64,000 bases of DNA from Lingula anatina (Eukaryota; Animalia; Brachiopoda). Under the pieces are notes generated by a model, which had not been told where the DNA came from, did not search any database, and saw only the letters and a list, made by a program, of their open reading frames with translations. Positions 12,376-23,931 of this stretch are shown here, piece after piece; the stretch's first letter is position 1; each line of letters starts with the position of its first letter. A program made the translations under genes and the position numbers. The stretch is from the NCBI GenBank assembly GCA_051362555.1, contig CM120640.1:1-64000 (forward strand), in the 5' to 3' direction.

Positions 12376-15300
12376 ATGAACTCTGTGATCGTTGTTCTGC
12401 TTGCAGCAGGTCGGTCGCTTTTACAAGCGCTATTATGTGTAATATCCCTCGGTCTACGTTATACTAATTTAAATTAGTTTACACTTTTCCAAACGTTACA
12501 ATCGTGTTGATGAGAAACACCTTGTCATTTTAACATTTTATTTCTTTATGTAGGTGTGGCCACGGCCGCCAAAATACCGACCAGCTATCCTAAAGGCATA
12601 GAGACGATATGTGAGCACTACACCGCAGACACGGACTGCTCCCAAGTCAGCAGTAGGTTCACAACTGTCAAGATATGTGACGATAACCTGCAGGAGCACG
12701 CTCACGGGTATTGAACAGAGATGTTGAACAATGTATTCCTATTTCATTAACCAAGCATTTGTTGAATTATCTCGTTTGTGAAAGTCCATTTATGTTTAAT
12801 AAGTTAAAAAGTCACATATCAGTTGATCGTAATTGAGAATCAAATGCTGTACCACACCATCATGTCATTTAGACTTACGCCAGAAAAATTTATTGAGCAC
12901 TAACAAAAAAAATAATAATAACACTATGAATCACTGTTTATATTTGTAACGGGTCATTTTCATTGACTTAGAGAGCATCGTATCATTTCTTTTTACTCTT
13001 GTATATTTTTCTAGATGCGAGTTTTACAAAGCAGCCTGCGCTGATGATGCAAAGATAAGTCTGATCTACCAGAAGTGCAATAAGACTGGTCAGCTGTACA
13101 TTAACACTACGAGACCTACCAAACACCCCTATCGTGTGAACCCCACCCACAGCCCCAAAGTCTGCAGGATTGTTCAGGAGGGATGCCCGAAAACATGGAA
13201 GGTGCCAAATCTCATGTTGTGCGGCAACGACAGAAACATCTACAGAAGCAGGTAAGGAAAAACACAAATTTAATATTGGATCAATGAAAACTCGGACATC
13301 ATGTTAATAAATGGCAACCGACATCAGTTATTAGCTTACACAACTATATATATACCCATATATACAACATCACAATTGAAAGTGTCCTCAAGAAATTTTT
13401 AATACTATTTTTCCAAAACTCATCCATATAAATAGTTTGTATATGTACGTATATTCGTTCTGCTCAGATTCGCTTTGTATTTTTAGCCTTTAGCTTTTAA
13501 ATGGTTTGTCTTCATTTGTACCAAAATTGCACTTAATACAAGAGCATTCATGGATGTAGACAATAACTAAGCTAACACTCTGTCCAAGGTGTGAGTTTGA
13601 CACCGCCAAGTGCATCAACCCACGACTGCGACTAAACTGGAACCTGAGGAGCTGTCTACGTAATAAACCTACGAAACCACCCCGTGTTATAGACACTACC
13701 CCAGCTGTCCCAGCAAGGCGGGCCCTCAACACCTGGCTGTGCTACCACATACTTAGAGAAGATTGCAGCAAGACGCTGACAGCTGGCGTCCAAGTCTGTG
13801 ATAGTAACGACAAAGTGTATGCTAATAGGTAAGTACAGTCTGGAGTCCTAGCGGTCCAAGCCTGTGATAGTAACGACAAAGTGTATGCTAATAGGTAAGT
13901 ACAGTCTGGAGTCCTAGCGGTCCAAGTCTGTGACAGTAACGGCAAAGTGTATGCTAATAGGTAAGTACAGTCTGGAGTCCTAGCGGTCCAAGTCTGTGAT
14001 AGTAACGGCAAAGTGTATGCTAATAGGTAAGTACAGTCTGGAGTCCTAGCGGTCCAAGTCTGTGATAGTAACGACAAAGTGTATGCTAATAGGTAAGTAC
14101 AGTCTGGAGTCCTAGTGGTCCAAGTCTGTGATAGTAACGGCAAAGTGTATGCTAATAGGTAAGTACAGTCTGGAGTCCTAGCGGTCCAAGTCTGTGATAG
14201 TAACGACAAAGTGTATGCTAATAGGTAAGTACAGTCTGGAGTCCTAGCGGTCCAAGTCTGTGATAGTAACGACAAAGTGTATGTTAATAGGTAAGTACAG
14301 TCTGGAGTCCTAGCAGTCATCAGACCAACGCGATGACCAGGAGTAGGCCTGCATTGTGTCGTGAATATCAACTGAGAAACGATTGTTCATACGGAAGAGG
14401 TTTGATTTGACTTAAAAGATAGATTAATAGATCTCCAAAGATATTGTTCATATGCTAGTTTTCAGCACCACACACAGCACCTTGGATGTATCCTCCTCAA
14501 TGTGAGAATGTCTTCAGCCAATCTGAATTAGGGCCACAAATATATAAATCTCACTCCGCCTGTTAGAATACGATGAATAAAAACCAGACACGAGTCGAAT
14601 CAACTTCTTTACTTTACTTATGATTATGTAAATTTGAAGGTACTGGGTACATGAATACTCTATAGTCCAATTATTTAGTCAAAATAACAGACTCAACAGG
14701 TGATTTAATTAACGGACATTACATTTGTAACTATTGCTTTTTAAAATGTTTCATTGTAGCTGCGAGTTCTACAAAGTCAGCTGTGCAGGTGCAGACATAG
14801 ACGACCACTGGAAAGTCTGTAAGAAAACTCCCGAACCCGCCCAGCTGAGACCCTTTGTTAACAAGGAAAACCTACAGTTCTGTCAGTCGTTGAAAGAGGG
14901 CAAAAACTGCCCTAGGTCGTGGAGGAAGAAGACCATGAGTGTTTGTGGTTCGGACGGCAAATTGTACAAGTCAAGGTTGGTGCTAATGGAAAACTTATTA
15001 GAGCTTGAAAAATTATATTTTTCTTTTCTTTTTGTGAAACTACAAAATTTCACATAACGTTCTCTATTGTAACCTATCACTCGTGACTGTATGCACACTT
15101 GTCTGATAAGCATAGGCCTAATGTGCACATTACTCATAGATTTACACAAATAACGTTATTTCGATAATAATTTAGAGGATGTCTGTAAATTCATATCCAG
15201 ATGTTCTATCGAAAAAGCCAAATGTCTCCCTGCTATAGTGACATTCACCTATTTGGCGAAAGGAGAGAAATGTGTCAAACCAACAAAACCTCCGATAGAT

Positions 15301-17599
15301 GGCAGCGGTAGCGGCAGTGGAGAGGGTGAGGTACGTCAATTTCACATTACGTTCACATAAGATGAGATATTCCTCTATTCAATATGGAGATATCTCTCTG
15401 GATATATTTGACAGTGCCTACAAAATAAGCATTTGATAAAACAATAGAAATACCTTACATAGATGTCATTGCAGGGCATTGTTAATTTTCTTTAATTTTC
15501 TTTAAAGAACTCGTTTACTTTGGTAAACATACAGTGCATGTTGAACGAAGAGGAGGGTCATCACTTGTCTTAACCCTAATCACACCAGCATATTTTGCAA
15601 CATATTCCTACTAGGTGGGGTCTTTTATTACACCATGATATTATTTATGAAATTCCGATATTTTTTGGTAGTTGCACAACAGAATCTTTTTGGTACATCA
15701 AAAACATGATAATACGCATAGCTGGAGATCAACAAGACTATTTAACACTGAACTAGGTACTTTTTGAACATAAATTAGCTTAATGAAGTAATATATACTT
15801 TTTTAAATAAAATTTTTCTTTTTTCCCAACCCTTATTTGATAATATATCTTAACAAAACAATCACTGTATATCCTGTCAGTCACCTTTTATTAATAAAGA
15901 CAGTAACAGCTGAAATATTTTTAAAAGATGAATAAATAAATACAAAGCCGGTCTAGGAGAGCAGAAACCATGTGGTGACAGATACCCTAGTTGTCCTTCC
16001 CTAAATTTGCATTTTGTAACCCTTTAAACATTTAAAACTAAAATATGGGAGACTGATACAAACAAAAAGGTATAGCATTAAGTGACCTAGAGGGATAGGA
16101 GTAGTGACTGGCTGTTTGCCTGCTTCAGAAACATTGTGTTGGTTTCCACCCCTTGACCTTTCTCCAAACTGTTCAATTTCATTATTTAGTAGAAGCTAGG
16201 CGTGGCATAGATAACTAGTTGTGTAACTACTGGATATTACTTTTCTACAAAGGTCCCCGCGGCAGAGAAAAACGGCGTGTCATAGATGACTGGTTGTGTA
16301 ACTACTGGCAGGTCCGTTGCCAGAAATTTCAAAAGGGGGTTCTTTTTCTGAAAAGGTGGACCTTTCCCCATATATACTTCAAGTACCTAGATCAAATTTT
16401 ACCCAGAGTGGACCTTTTCCCAGCAAAAGGGGCGGTTCTTTCGAATCCCCCGAACCCCCCTGGCTACGGGCCTGAGTCTGGGTATATAAATCTTATCGTT
16501 ATTACTTTTCTACAAAGAAAACCTCGCGGTAGAGAAAAAATGGCGTGTCATAGATGACTGGTTGTGTGACTATATATTTCATATCGTTATTACTTTTTTC
16601 AAAGGTCCCTGTGGTGGAGGAAGCAAGGCGTGACATAGATGACTGGTTGTGTGACTACTTTCCAAAAACCAAGGACTGCAAAGAGACTTTGACTGCCAAC
16701 TCCAAGGTGTGTGATGCCGACGGGAAGGTATACAAGAACAGGTAAAACCAATATGAAGACTTAAATATGATGTGAAACGCATCAGGTAAAATTATTATGC
16801 AGAATTTATATTTATTTATTTATTGATGGTAAAATATGTTAAATTAAAATTTAGTCTTCCCCATGGCCCTTGAATTTGACTTAAATTTGAAGAGAAATAA
16901 AAATCAGGTTCAATTGCATCAAGAAGATCCCGATAGGTAATGTTGGTAGACAGATATTAAATATCAGAATAAACGTCGTTATACCATCATTTCTTATACA
17001 GATACAAAACTTGACGACCTTTCTTTGAGAGTGTATATGATATGTTAATGTTAACAAGTATAAAGCTTGCAGTTACTATCTTTTACATATTTCTGTCACA
17101 GTTGCGAGTTCTACAAAGCCCGCTGTGCAGGTGCTGATATCGGAGACCACTGGAAAGTTTGCAAGAAGACTAATCCTGAAACTCTGAAACCGTTTGTTAA
17201 CAAGGAGAACTCCGAGTTCTGTAAGTCGTTGAAAGCAGGCGAAGACTGTCCGAAAAGATGGAAGCAAAAAGTTCTGAGAGTATGTGGCTCGGACGGCAGG
17301 GTATACAAGACTAGGTGAGTTAAACCTCTATCTGTTTCCTTCCAATGATCCATTGGGTTCATACCTCTAAATGTAAAGTGTTACATAATTATTTCTAATT
17401 GTCAGTTAACTACATTGACATAGGTGTGAGTGTATGTCTACATGTCGGTCCTAATACATTTTTCAGGTGCGCCATAGAAAAGGCCAAGTGTGGTGACCAG
17501 CTAGTGTCTTTTACATATGCTGCAAAAGGTGTCAAATGTGTCAAGCCAACAAAACCCCCGGTAGATGGCAGTGGCAGCGGGAGCGGAGACGAGGCTTAA
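12376..17599 (+). CDS. Secreted atypical Kazal-repeat protein, gene 1 (9 exons, about 497 aa, 6 Kazal-like domains, Ser-Gly tracts)
   Basis: Hand-built exons: 12376-12409, 12554-12707, 13015-13251, 13589-13828, 14760-14975, 15201-15330, 16605-16741, 17102-17314, 17467-17599. All introns are GT..AG with consistent phases; total 1494 nt, open to TAA. The N-terminus MNSVIVVLLAAGVATAAK looks like a signal peptide. Six 6-Cys units carry Kazal motifs such as VCGSDGKLYKSRCSIEKAKC. DGSGSGSG occurs twice. Confidence 0.85.
13788..14314 (+). repeat. 66-bp minisatellite x8 spanning the exon 4 splice donor of gene 1
   Basis: Unit gtccaagtctgtgatagtaacgacaaagtgtatgctaatag|gtaagtacagtctggagtcctagcg. The GTAAGT donor recurs every 66 bp from 13829 to 14291. 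Confidence 0.95.
16190..16657 (+). repeat. Degenerate tandem copies of the exon 7 acceptor and start of gene 1
   Basis: ggcgtg.catagat.act.gttgtgt.acta recurs at about 16199, 16274, 16542 and 16627 (the real exon). Three copies are preceded by attactttt..caaag. Confidence 0.8.
16309..16474. mobile_element. MITE of about 165 bp (TIR caggcccgtagccag-like)
   Basis: Ends are caggtccgttgccag and ctggctacgggcctg. A second copy lies in the opposite orientation at 41266-41427. Confidence 0.75.
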
Positions 17600-18124
17600 G
17601 TCTACTGCATCTACTACTTTAACACAAACTGAAACACGCAGTGAGCTTCTGATTCTCCAGGACACCAGTCCATGAAGCAAAAAAACAAACATTTGACAAA
17701 TTGGTTTTCATTTCTCTCTCTCCCCAACTTTGTTCGCTAACATTATCACGCAGAAGACGAAAAACAAAAAACATTTCTAATGACAAGTGCTCTGTGGATG
17801 TTCTATTTTTACTCGCTCAGGCTAATTGTTTTCGATGAAATGTTTCTAAGGCGAACGTGAACGAAATGCAGGCTCGGATTTGCTAATTTCCCCTCGGTGT
17901 CTCTTTGTGTACCAGTATATAATACAGACACATTTTACAAACCAGTTTTTTAAATTATTGTCGCCTCGATAGTTATCCCTTACCACCTATTGTCGTATCT
18001 CCAAATTTAAAGGTTTTTTCTTGGTCAGGGCAGTAACCTTTTTCTGAAAACATTTTGTGCGGCAGTTATTTTAAGTTGATAAATAACATAGTTCAAATAT
18101 TTATTTATACCAAACCCTTTTAAA

Positions 18125-18364
18125 CAGGGGCGGGTCCAGGATTATTTAAAGGGGGGTCCAACTTTTCAAGAATGACAGGCCTCGGATGCTAAGCCGACCC
18201 TCGGACCCTCTTGGAGTGTTTTGGAGGGCAAATTTGGAACGGTTAAGAACTATAAATCAACTAGTCAAAATTCGAATTCCAAGAGGGGAATATCAGTGTG
18301 ATTTTTTTCAGAAACCGAAGGGGGGGTCAGGACCCCCCCTGACCCCACTCTAAATCCGCCACTG
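18125..18364. mobile_element. MITE of about 240 bp (TIR cag(t/g)ggcgg, hAT-like ends)
   Basis: Ends are caggggcgggtcca and taaatccgccactg, with tttaaa on both flanks. Confidence 0.6.
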
Positions 18365-20223
18365 TTTAAATTAAAGTTTCTTACGAACTCCCAAACCAAA
18401 GAAATTAAGGGGGAAACGGTATAGGCCTACCACGAACGAAGAAACTATCTGATCTCCATAAATTATGAATAAATTCCCGATAGTGTACAAATGTATGGTA
18501 TCCATTATTTTGAAACAAGCAGTTAACCATTGATAAAGACTTAATAAATACCTTAAACTGCAGAGTATACCGCATTCAAAAACTACAAAAAAATAAAACG
18601 AATTTATACTGAGAATAAAGACGATCTAAAGCGTTCAAACATTTATTCACCGACATGTATTTACACTCAATTTCTTCGCACTGATCATGCATTTAATTGT
18701 TTTCTTGCTTGATTACAAGGAATTTTCTATTATCATGTTGCAAACCACCATTTACCATTTCCCTATTAGGTAATTTCTAAGAGTCTTGTTTTCAATAAAA
18801 ATAATTAAAATATTATTTGAATTACTCATGCTTGGACCATATCCATCCTTAATTTGTGTTTAACACTTGTCAGAAACTTGCAAATCTATTGAGAAATTAA
18901 CCAATCCAATCAAACTATGTGTTACTGTGGCATGTTCCATCTTTTCCTACCACGAAAACAATTGCTACACTTGTTACTCTTAAGGACATTTAACTTACAC
19001 TCAATAACTCCCTATTCTTTTACTCATTTGATTCCTCTATAATTATTTCTTGTAATTAGTGAAGGTATAAGCTATTTACTTTACAACAACGAGTTAGAAC
19101 AGTGTTGGCACTAGGGGATGAAAAGATATCACTTTAATTTTTTTTTTTAAGTCCCATGTGGCGTCATGTTATAAAGTCACTGGTATTGATAATATTCTTG
19201 TTTCAATGGTTCATCCGATACGCCAGCGAGGACTGAAGTTCTACACTTATTATGTCTCTTAATTCCATTGGCAATGCTCTAAATATGGGTCTTTCACTGC
19301 AAATGAAGAGTTGCAACAAATAAAAATGCAAATATTATGACAAGCACAAGACAGCCCACAGTTCGTGGCACTGGGCTAAAGGCTACATGTACATGTATGT
19401 ATATTGTTTTGATATGTGTTCAGTACGATAGGAATTACTTCAAGGCAAATGTACCGCATGAACTTTTCCGTAAGGAAAGAAACGAAGTACGTCTTACTTC
19501 GTTGTAGATGTCTTGTCATGACGACCGAATTAACATTACATCATCACCATGACAACGTCTTTAAAACCTTGCTGACATTACACCATTACTGTGACTACAT
19601 CATGGCAACTATATTAACAATAGACACATTATACAGCATCACTATGGCAACACCATGACAACCAAATAGACAGTAGTACAAATACTCCTTTTTCAACAAC
19701 TAATTACAAACTTGAATCACTCCTGTGAAATAGTTCGTTGAATATTTCTTCTTTTCTCCCCCCCCCCCCCCCCCCCCCCCCCCCCAGCAAAAAAAAACGT
19801 TCCATTTATTCTGTAGAGTTTACTAATGGAAAATCACCTATGGATGTGACATACAAGACAATTCAGTATACATGTGAAACTTCCTTTAAAAGTGTCCATT
19901 ATTGTTTCGAGAAGAAGAAAGAAGAAAAGAAAGAAGAAATATTAATAACCTTACGGCTACGTTGTACCGTAAGAATGAATGAAAATTCTGTCTTATCTAT
20001 CACAATCCCACCCCAGTTCGTTTATTCGACCTACGAAAGCTGATTTATATGCCCAGTAAATATAATTCTGTTCGGTTGAGCGAAGTGAATAAGAATGGAA
20101 TTATTTTCTTCTAGGGGGCGACACTGTATATATTGTGTTAGTTGTGATATTGGTAAGAATTGTGGGTAAGTTACGAAAGGTGTTCATTCGACCAGTTAGC
20201 GCAGACCAGTTTACACGTAAATT

Positions 20224-21004
20224 TTGAGAGCGCAATTTTCAATGGAGACAGAGGGCGTTTCCCTAAAACAAATTCTTGAGTCCGTACAGTCGCAGGCGGA
20301 ATCGTTAAAAGACCTTAAGGCTCAAGTGACTTCCGAGCTGGAAAGTTTAAAGAGCGAAGTACATGGTTCTTCTAACAAAGTTAAAAAGATTAAAGATGAG
20401 GTTTCCACCAAATGGCGTCTAGAGGGCAACCGAATTCAGTTTGAATTCAATACCGAGCTAGAAGAACTTTTGACGCAGGTAATCTGGGCAGTAGATAACA
20501 GCAAGCCTGACTACGCTAAAGAAGTTGTCTTTACCATTCCGATAAGTTGAAGAAGAGGAACAAGCTTATTTAGTTAGCTGATACCAGCGAAGGAGGGTGG
20601 GGCACGGTCCGTTATTACGAAGCGAATCCTTTGGCCAGTGACTCTGAGGATGAAAAGAAGATCAATAGAGCGGAAAACAAGGCATTGAAAAAGCGTAAAT
20701 TGAGCAAACCTATTTATTGGGAAGTCATGGCTCCAGCAAATCTAACGTTAGTAGTACTGATTCTGTTTACCGTGCCCAGCCTCTTTTTCGTGGACAACAA
20801 TGGGCGTTTCCCAGTGCAGCATCAGGAGCATGCAGTCCAGGTTCTTTCATGCCAACAGCAACCTCTTCCGCTGTCAGCCCCTTCGGACAAGGAAGGAGTG
20901 GGTCGTGTTTTGCGTGTGGATCCTTCGGCCATTGGAGGAGAGATTGCCCCTTCACTAAAGCATCAGGAAGTGCACCAGGATTCTCAAAGACCAATCGTCC
21001 ATGA
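20224..21004 (+). pseudogene. gag-like ORF of the YR retrotransposon (frameshifted)
   Basis: Coiled-coil N-terminal part, then ADTSEGGWGTVRYYEANPLASDSEDEKKINRAE, then zinc knuckle CFACGSFGHWRRDC. It is split over three frames with a stop near 20570. Confidence 0.8.
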
Positions 21005-22885
21005 TTTTGTCAAAGATGAGTATTGTTGTGATGTGTCATATGATAGATCAATTTTTACTGACGATTATCTTGAGTACGAGCAAGGCAATGTTGATATCTG
21101 TGTTAAAGGCAGGCTAAAACGTAAATTAGCATTTTGGAAAAGTATTGGCACATGAGTTTATTATTGATGTTTTAGATAATGGATACAAGCTTCCTTTTTT
21201 CTCTATACCCGCGCCAGTTCATTTGAATAACAATAGATCTGCTATTTTGCATAGTGCATTTGTTGAGCAGGCAATACAAGATTTGTTGGTCAGAGGCCTT
21301 ATAAGTGAGTGTTCAGATACACCTGTTGTAGTTAACCCGCTTACAGTGGCTATTAGCAGTAGCGGTAAAAACGTTTAATTCTAGATTTGCGGCATGTTAA
21401 TAAACATCTTTGGAAATCTTCAGTAAAATTTGAAGATATTCGTACTGCAATGTTTTATTTAAAACAGGGAGATTTTTGTTTCAAATTTGATTTACATTCT
21501 GCATATCATCAAATTGATATTTTTGAGCCTCACACTTATTTTTTAGGGTTTTCTTGGAAATTTGGAAATACTTCCAAATTTTTTAGATTTAAAGTTTTGC
21601 CATTTGGTCTCAGTTCGGCATGCTACATTTTTACTAAAGTGACCAGGCCGCTGGTTAAAAAGTGGCGAGGAGAGGGCAAAAAAGTGGTCATGTATTTAGA
21701 TGATGGTTTTGGTTGTCATTGCAGTACAGCGAATGTAAGAAGATTGCTTTAGAAATTAAGCAAGATCTTATCAACAGCGGGTTCGTTCCTAAAGTTAAAA
21801 AATCAATGTGGTCTCCTAGTACTGAGATTTTATTTTTAGGGTATAATTTGAATTTAGAGAAAGGCACTATATGCATTCCTGATTACACACTTCTTAAAAT
21901 TCGTCAGACTATAAAGGATATCCGTTCTCTGTTTAGGAGAAAAGGCAGCGTTCATGTGCGTTTTGTTGCTAGTTTAGTAGGTCAGATCATTTCTACGTCT
22001 TTTGTTACTGGCAATATGGTTTATATTATGACAAAATGTCTGAGTTTTGATAGTTCTAAAGCTAAATGTTGGAATGAACAAATTGTCTTGAGCAGAGACA
22101 GTATGAAGCAAATGGAATTTTGGGAATCTAATGTAAGCAAGATTTCTGTAAGGAATTTTAATGAAATAAATTGTAGTTCAACATGGAGAGAACTCGTAGC
22201 TGTTAAAAGAGTTTTTGCATCCTTTTTGCCATTCCTTCAGGGCAAATCTATTAAATGGTTTTCAGACAACAAAAATGTTGTTAGTATCATTGAAAGAGGT
22301 AGCATGAATTGTAATTTGCAAGATATTGCGCTTAGTATTTTTGAATTGTGTTTGTTAAATGGCGTGACTCTACGTGCTGAATGGATTCCACGTAGTGAAA
22401 ATTTATATGCAGATCAAATCAGCAGATTAGTAGATTATGATGATTGAGCGGTGGCAGATAATATTTTCGATTATTTAGATTCAGTTTGGGGGCCGCATGA
22501 AATTGACTTTTTTGCCTCCGATCATAACAATAAATTGCCAGTTTTTTATTCTAGATATTGGACTCCAGGTGCGGTAGGCACTGATGCATTTACTGTTCGT
22601 TGGGGTGGTGTGAATGGTTGGTTTGTGCCCCCTGTGTGTGTATTATCTAGAGTTATATTGTATTTAAGACAATGCAAGGCTTGTGGCACGGTAATTTTAC
22701 CTTGTTGGTACTCAGCTAGTTTTTGGCCTTTATTATCTAAAGGCAGGTGTTTTATAAAGGAAGCTGTAGCATATGTAGAGTTACCAAGACAAAAAGCTTG
22801 TTATGTTCCTGGAAAAGCAGGAGGGTTGTTTGGTAGAGTGGACTTGCCGTTTAAAATGTTGGCAGTCAGATTTGATTTTTCTTAA
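21005..22885 (+). pseudogene. RT / RNase H / DNA N6-adenine methyltransferase-like ORF of the YR retrotransposon (disrupted)
   Basis: RT motifs FDLHSAYHQI, VLPFGLSSA and YLDDG. RNase H remnants STWRELVAV, FSDNKNVV and WIPRSENLYADQISR. MT-like segment WGPHEIDFFAS...DAFTVRW...WFVPPV. Frameshifts near 21145, 21375 and 21725, and TGA at 22445. Confidence 0.85.
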
Positions 22886-22944
22886 TAAATGAAAGTGATT
22901 TTAAATTACTAATTGTTTTTTGTTTTTTACATTTATTTTTGCAG

Positions 22945-23931
22945 GCTTATAAGGATGACATTACTGAGCTTCCTGACGAGTTGGCTGGTAAAATACCAGT
23001 GGTTGCTGGATTTTTGTCTGAGAGTCGGTCATCGAACACAGTCAATGGTTATTATTCAGCTTTTATGCGATGGAAATTATGGGCGAAGAAGAACGGCATT
23101 CAAGAGATTTTTCCGGCAAAAGGTTTTCATGTTGCTTTGTACTTGTCGTGTTTAGCAGAACAGTCCAATTCTCCTAGTCCTGTTCATCAGGCTTTTTACG
23201 GGCTTAAATGGGCTCATGCCATTATAAGTGCAGAGTCTCCTACAGACTCTAGTTTAGTTAAAAATGTGTTGGAAGGTATTAAGAGGCGCAAGTCACAGCC
23301 AGTTTGCAAAAAAGAGCCCATATCTCCAGATATTTTGGAAAAAAAATTTGATGCAAATTTTGAAGAAGGGAATGTGTATTCTCAACGTACTATATGTGCT
23401 TGCTTGCTTTCTTATGCAGGCTTTCTTAGAGTTTCAGAGCTGTTAAATTTAAGGATTAGCGATGTTTCGTTTCATGATTCATACATGTCGATTTTTATCG
23501 AAAAGAGTAAAACGGACATCTATAGAGATGGTTCTCATATGGTTATCGCTAGAACTTATTCAAAGCTTTGCCCTGTAAAAAATTTAGAGAGATTGTTCTC
23601 TTATGCGAATCTTGAGCATTCGGATTTGTATCTTTTCAGATCTGTCACCAAGCACTTCAATGGCTATCGTTTTAGAGATGACGATAAGCCTATTTCATAT
23701 ACTAGAATGAGAGAATTATTTATTTCCTCTTTTTCTCCTTTTGTTAAAGATATAAAACAATTTGGTTTACATAGTTTGAGAGCGGGTGGTGCTACTGCTG
23801 TCGCAAGAGCTGGTGTTCCAGACAGGTTATTTAAAAGACATGGAAGGTGGAGATCGGAAACGGCTAAAGATGGCTATGTGAAAGATAATTTATCTGACAG
23901 ATTATTTGTTAGTAAAAAATTGGGTCTTTAA
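22945..23931 (+). CDS. Tyrosine recombinase of the YR retrotransposon (open frame)
   Basis: About 328 open codons with the catalytic set GFLRVSE (R), KSKTD (K), HSLRAGGAT (HxxR), GRW (W) and DGYV (Y). There is no ATG at the start; the frame follows a pyrimidine tract and CAG at 22942-22944. Confidence 0.88.
   Translation, partial: AYKDDITELPDELAGKIPVVAGFLSESRSSNTVNGYYSAFMRWKLWAKKNGIQEIFPAKGFHVALYLSCLAEQSNSPSPVHQAFYGLKWAHAIISAESPTDSSLVKNVLEGIKRRKSQPVCKKEPISPDILEKKFDANFEEGNVYSQRTICACLLSYAGFLRVSELLNLRISDVSFHDSYMSIFIEKSKTDIYRDGSHMVIARTYSKLCPVKNLERLFSYANLEHSDLYLFRSVTKHFNGYRFRDDDKPISYTRMRELFISSFSPFVKDIKQFGLHSLRAGGATAVARAGVPDRLFKRHGRWRSETAKDGYVKDNLSDRLFVSKKLGL

Noticed and set aside
13742-14371. 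209-aa minus-strand repeat ORF
   Set aside because: It is the antisense reading of the 66-bp minisatellite. The coding signal is on the + strand.
16219-16557. 112-aa ORF, similar to minus-strand ORF 41182-41514
   Set aside because: The similarity comes from a shared MITE, not from a protein family.
22451-23931. Phage/bacterial integrase plus adenine methylase as horizontal transfer or contamination
   Set aside because: Both are standard parts of DIRS-order retrotransposons, and here they sit with gag and RT inside split direct repeats.
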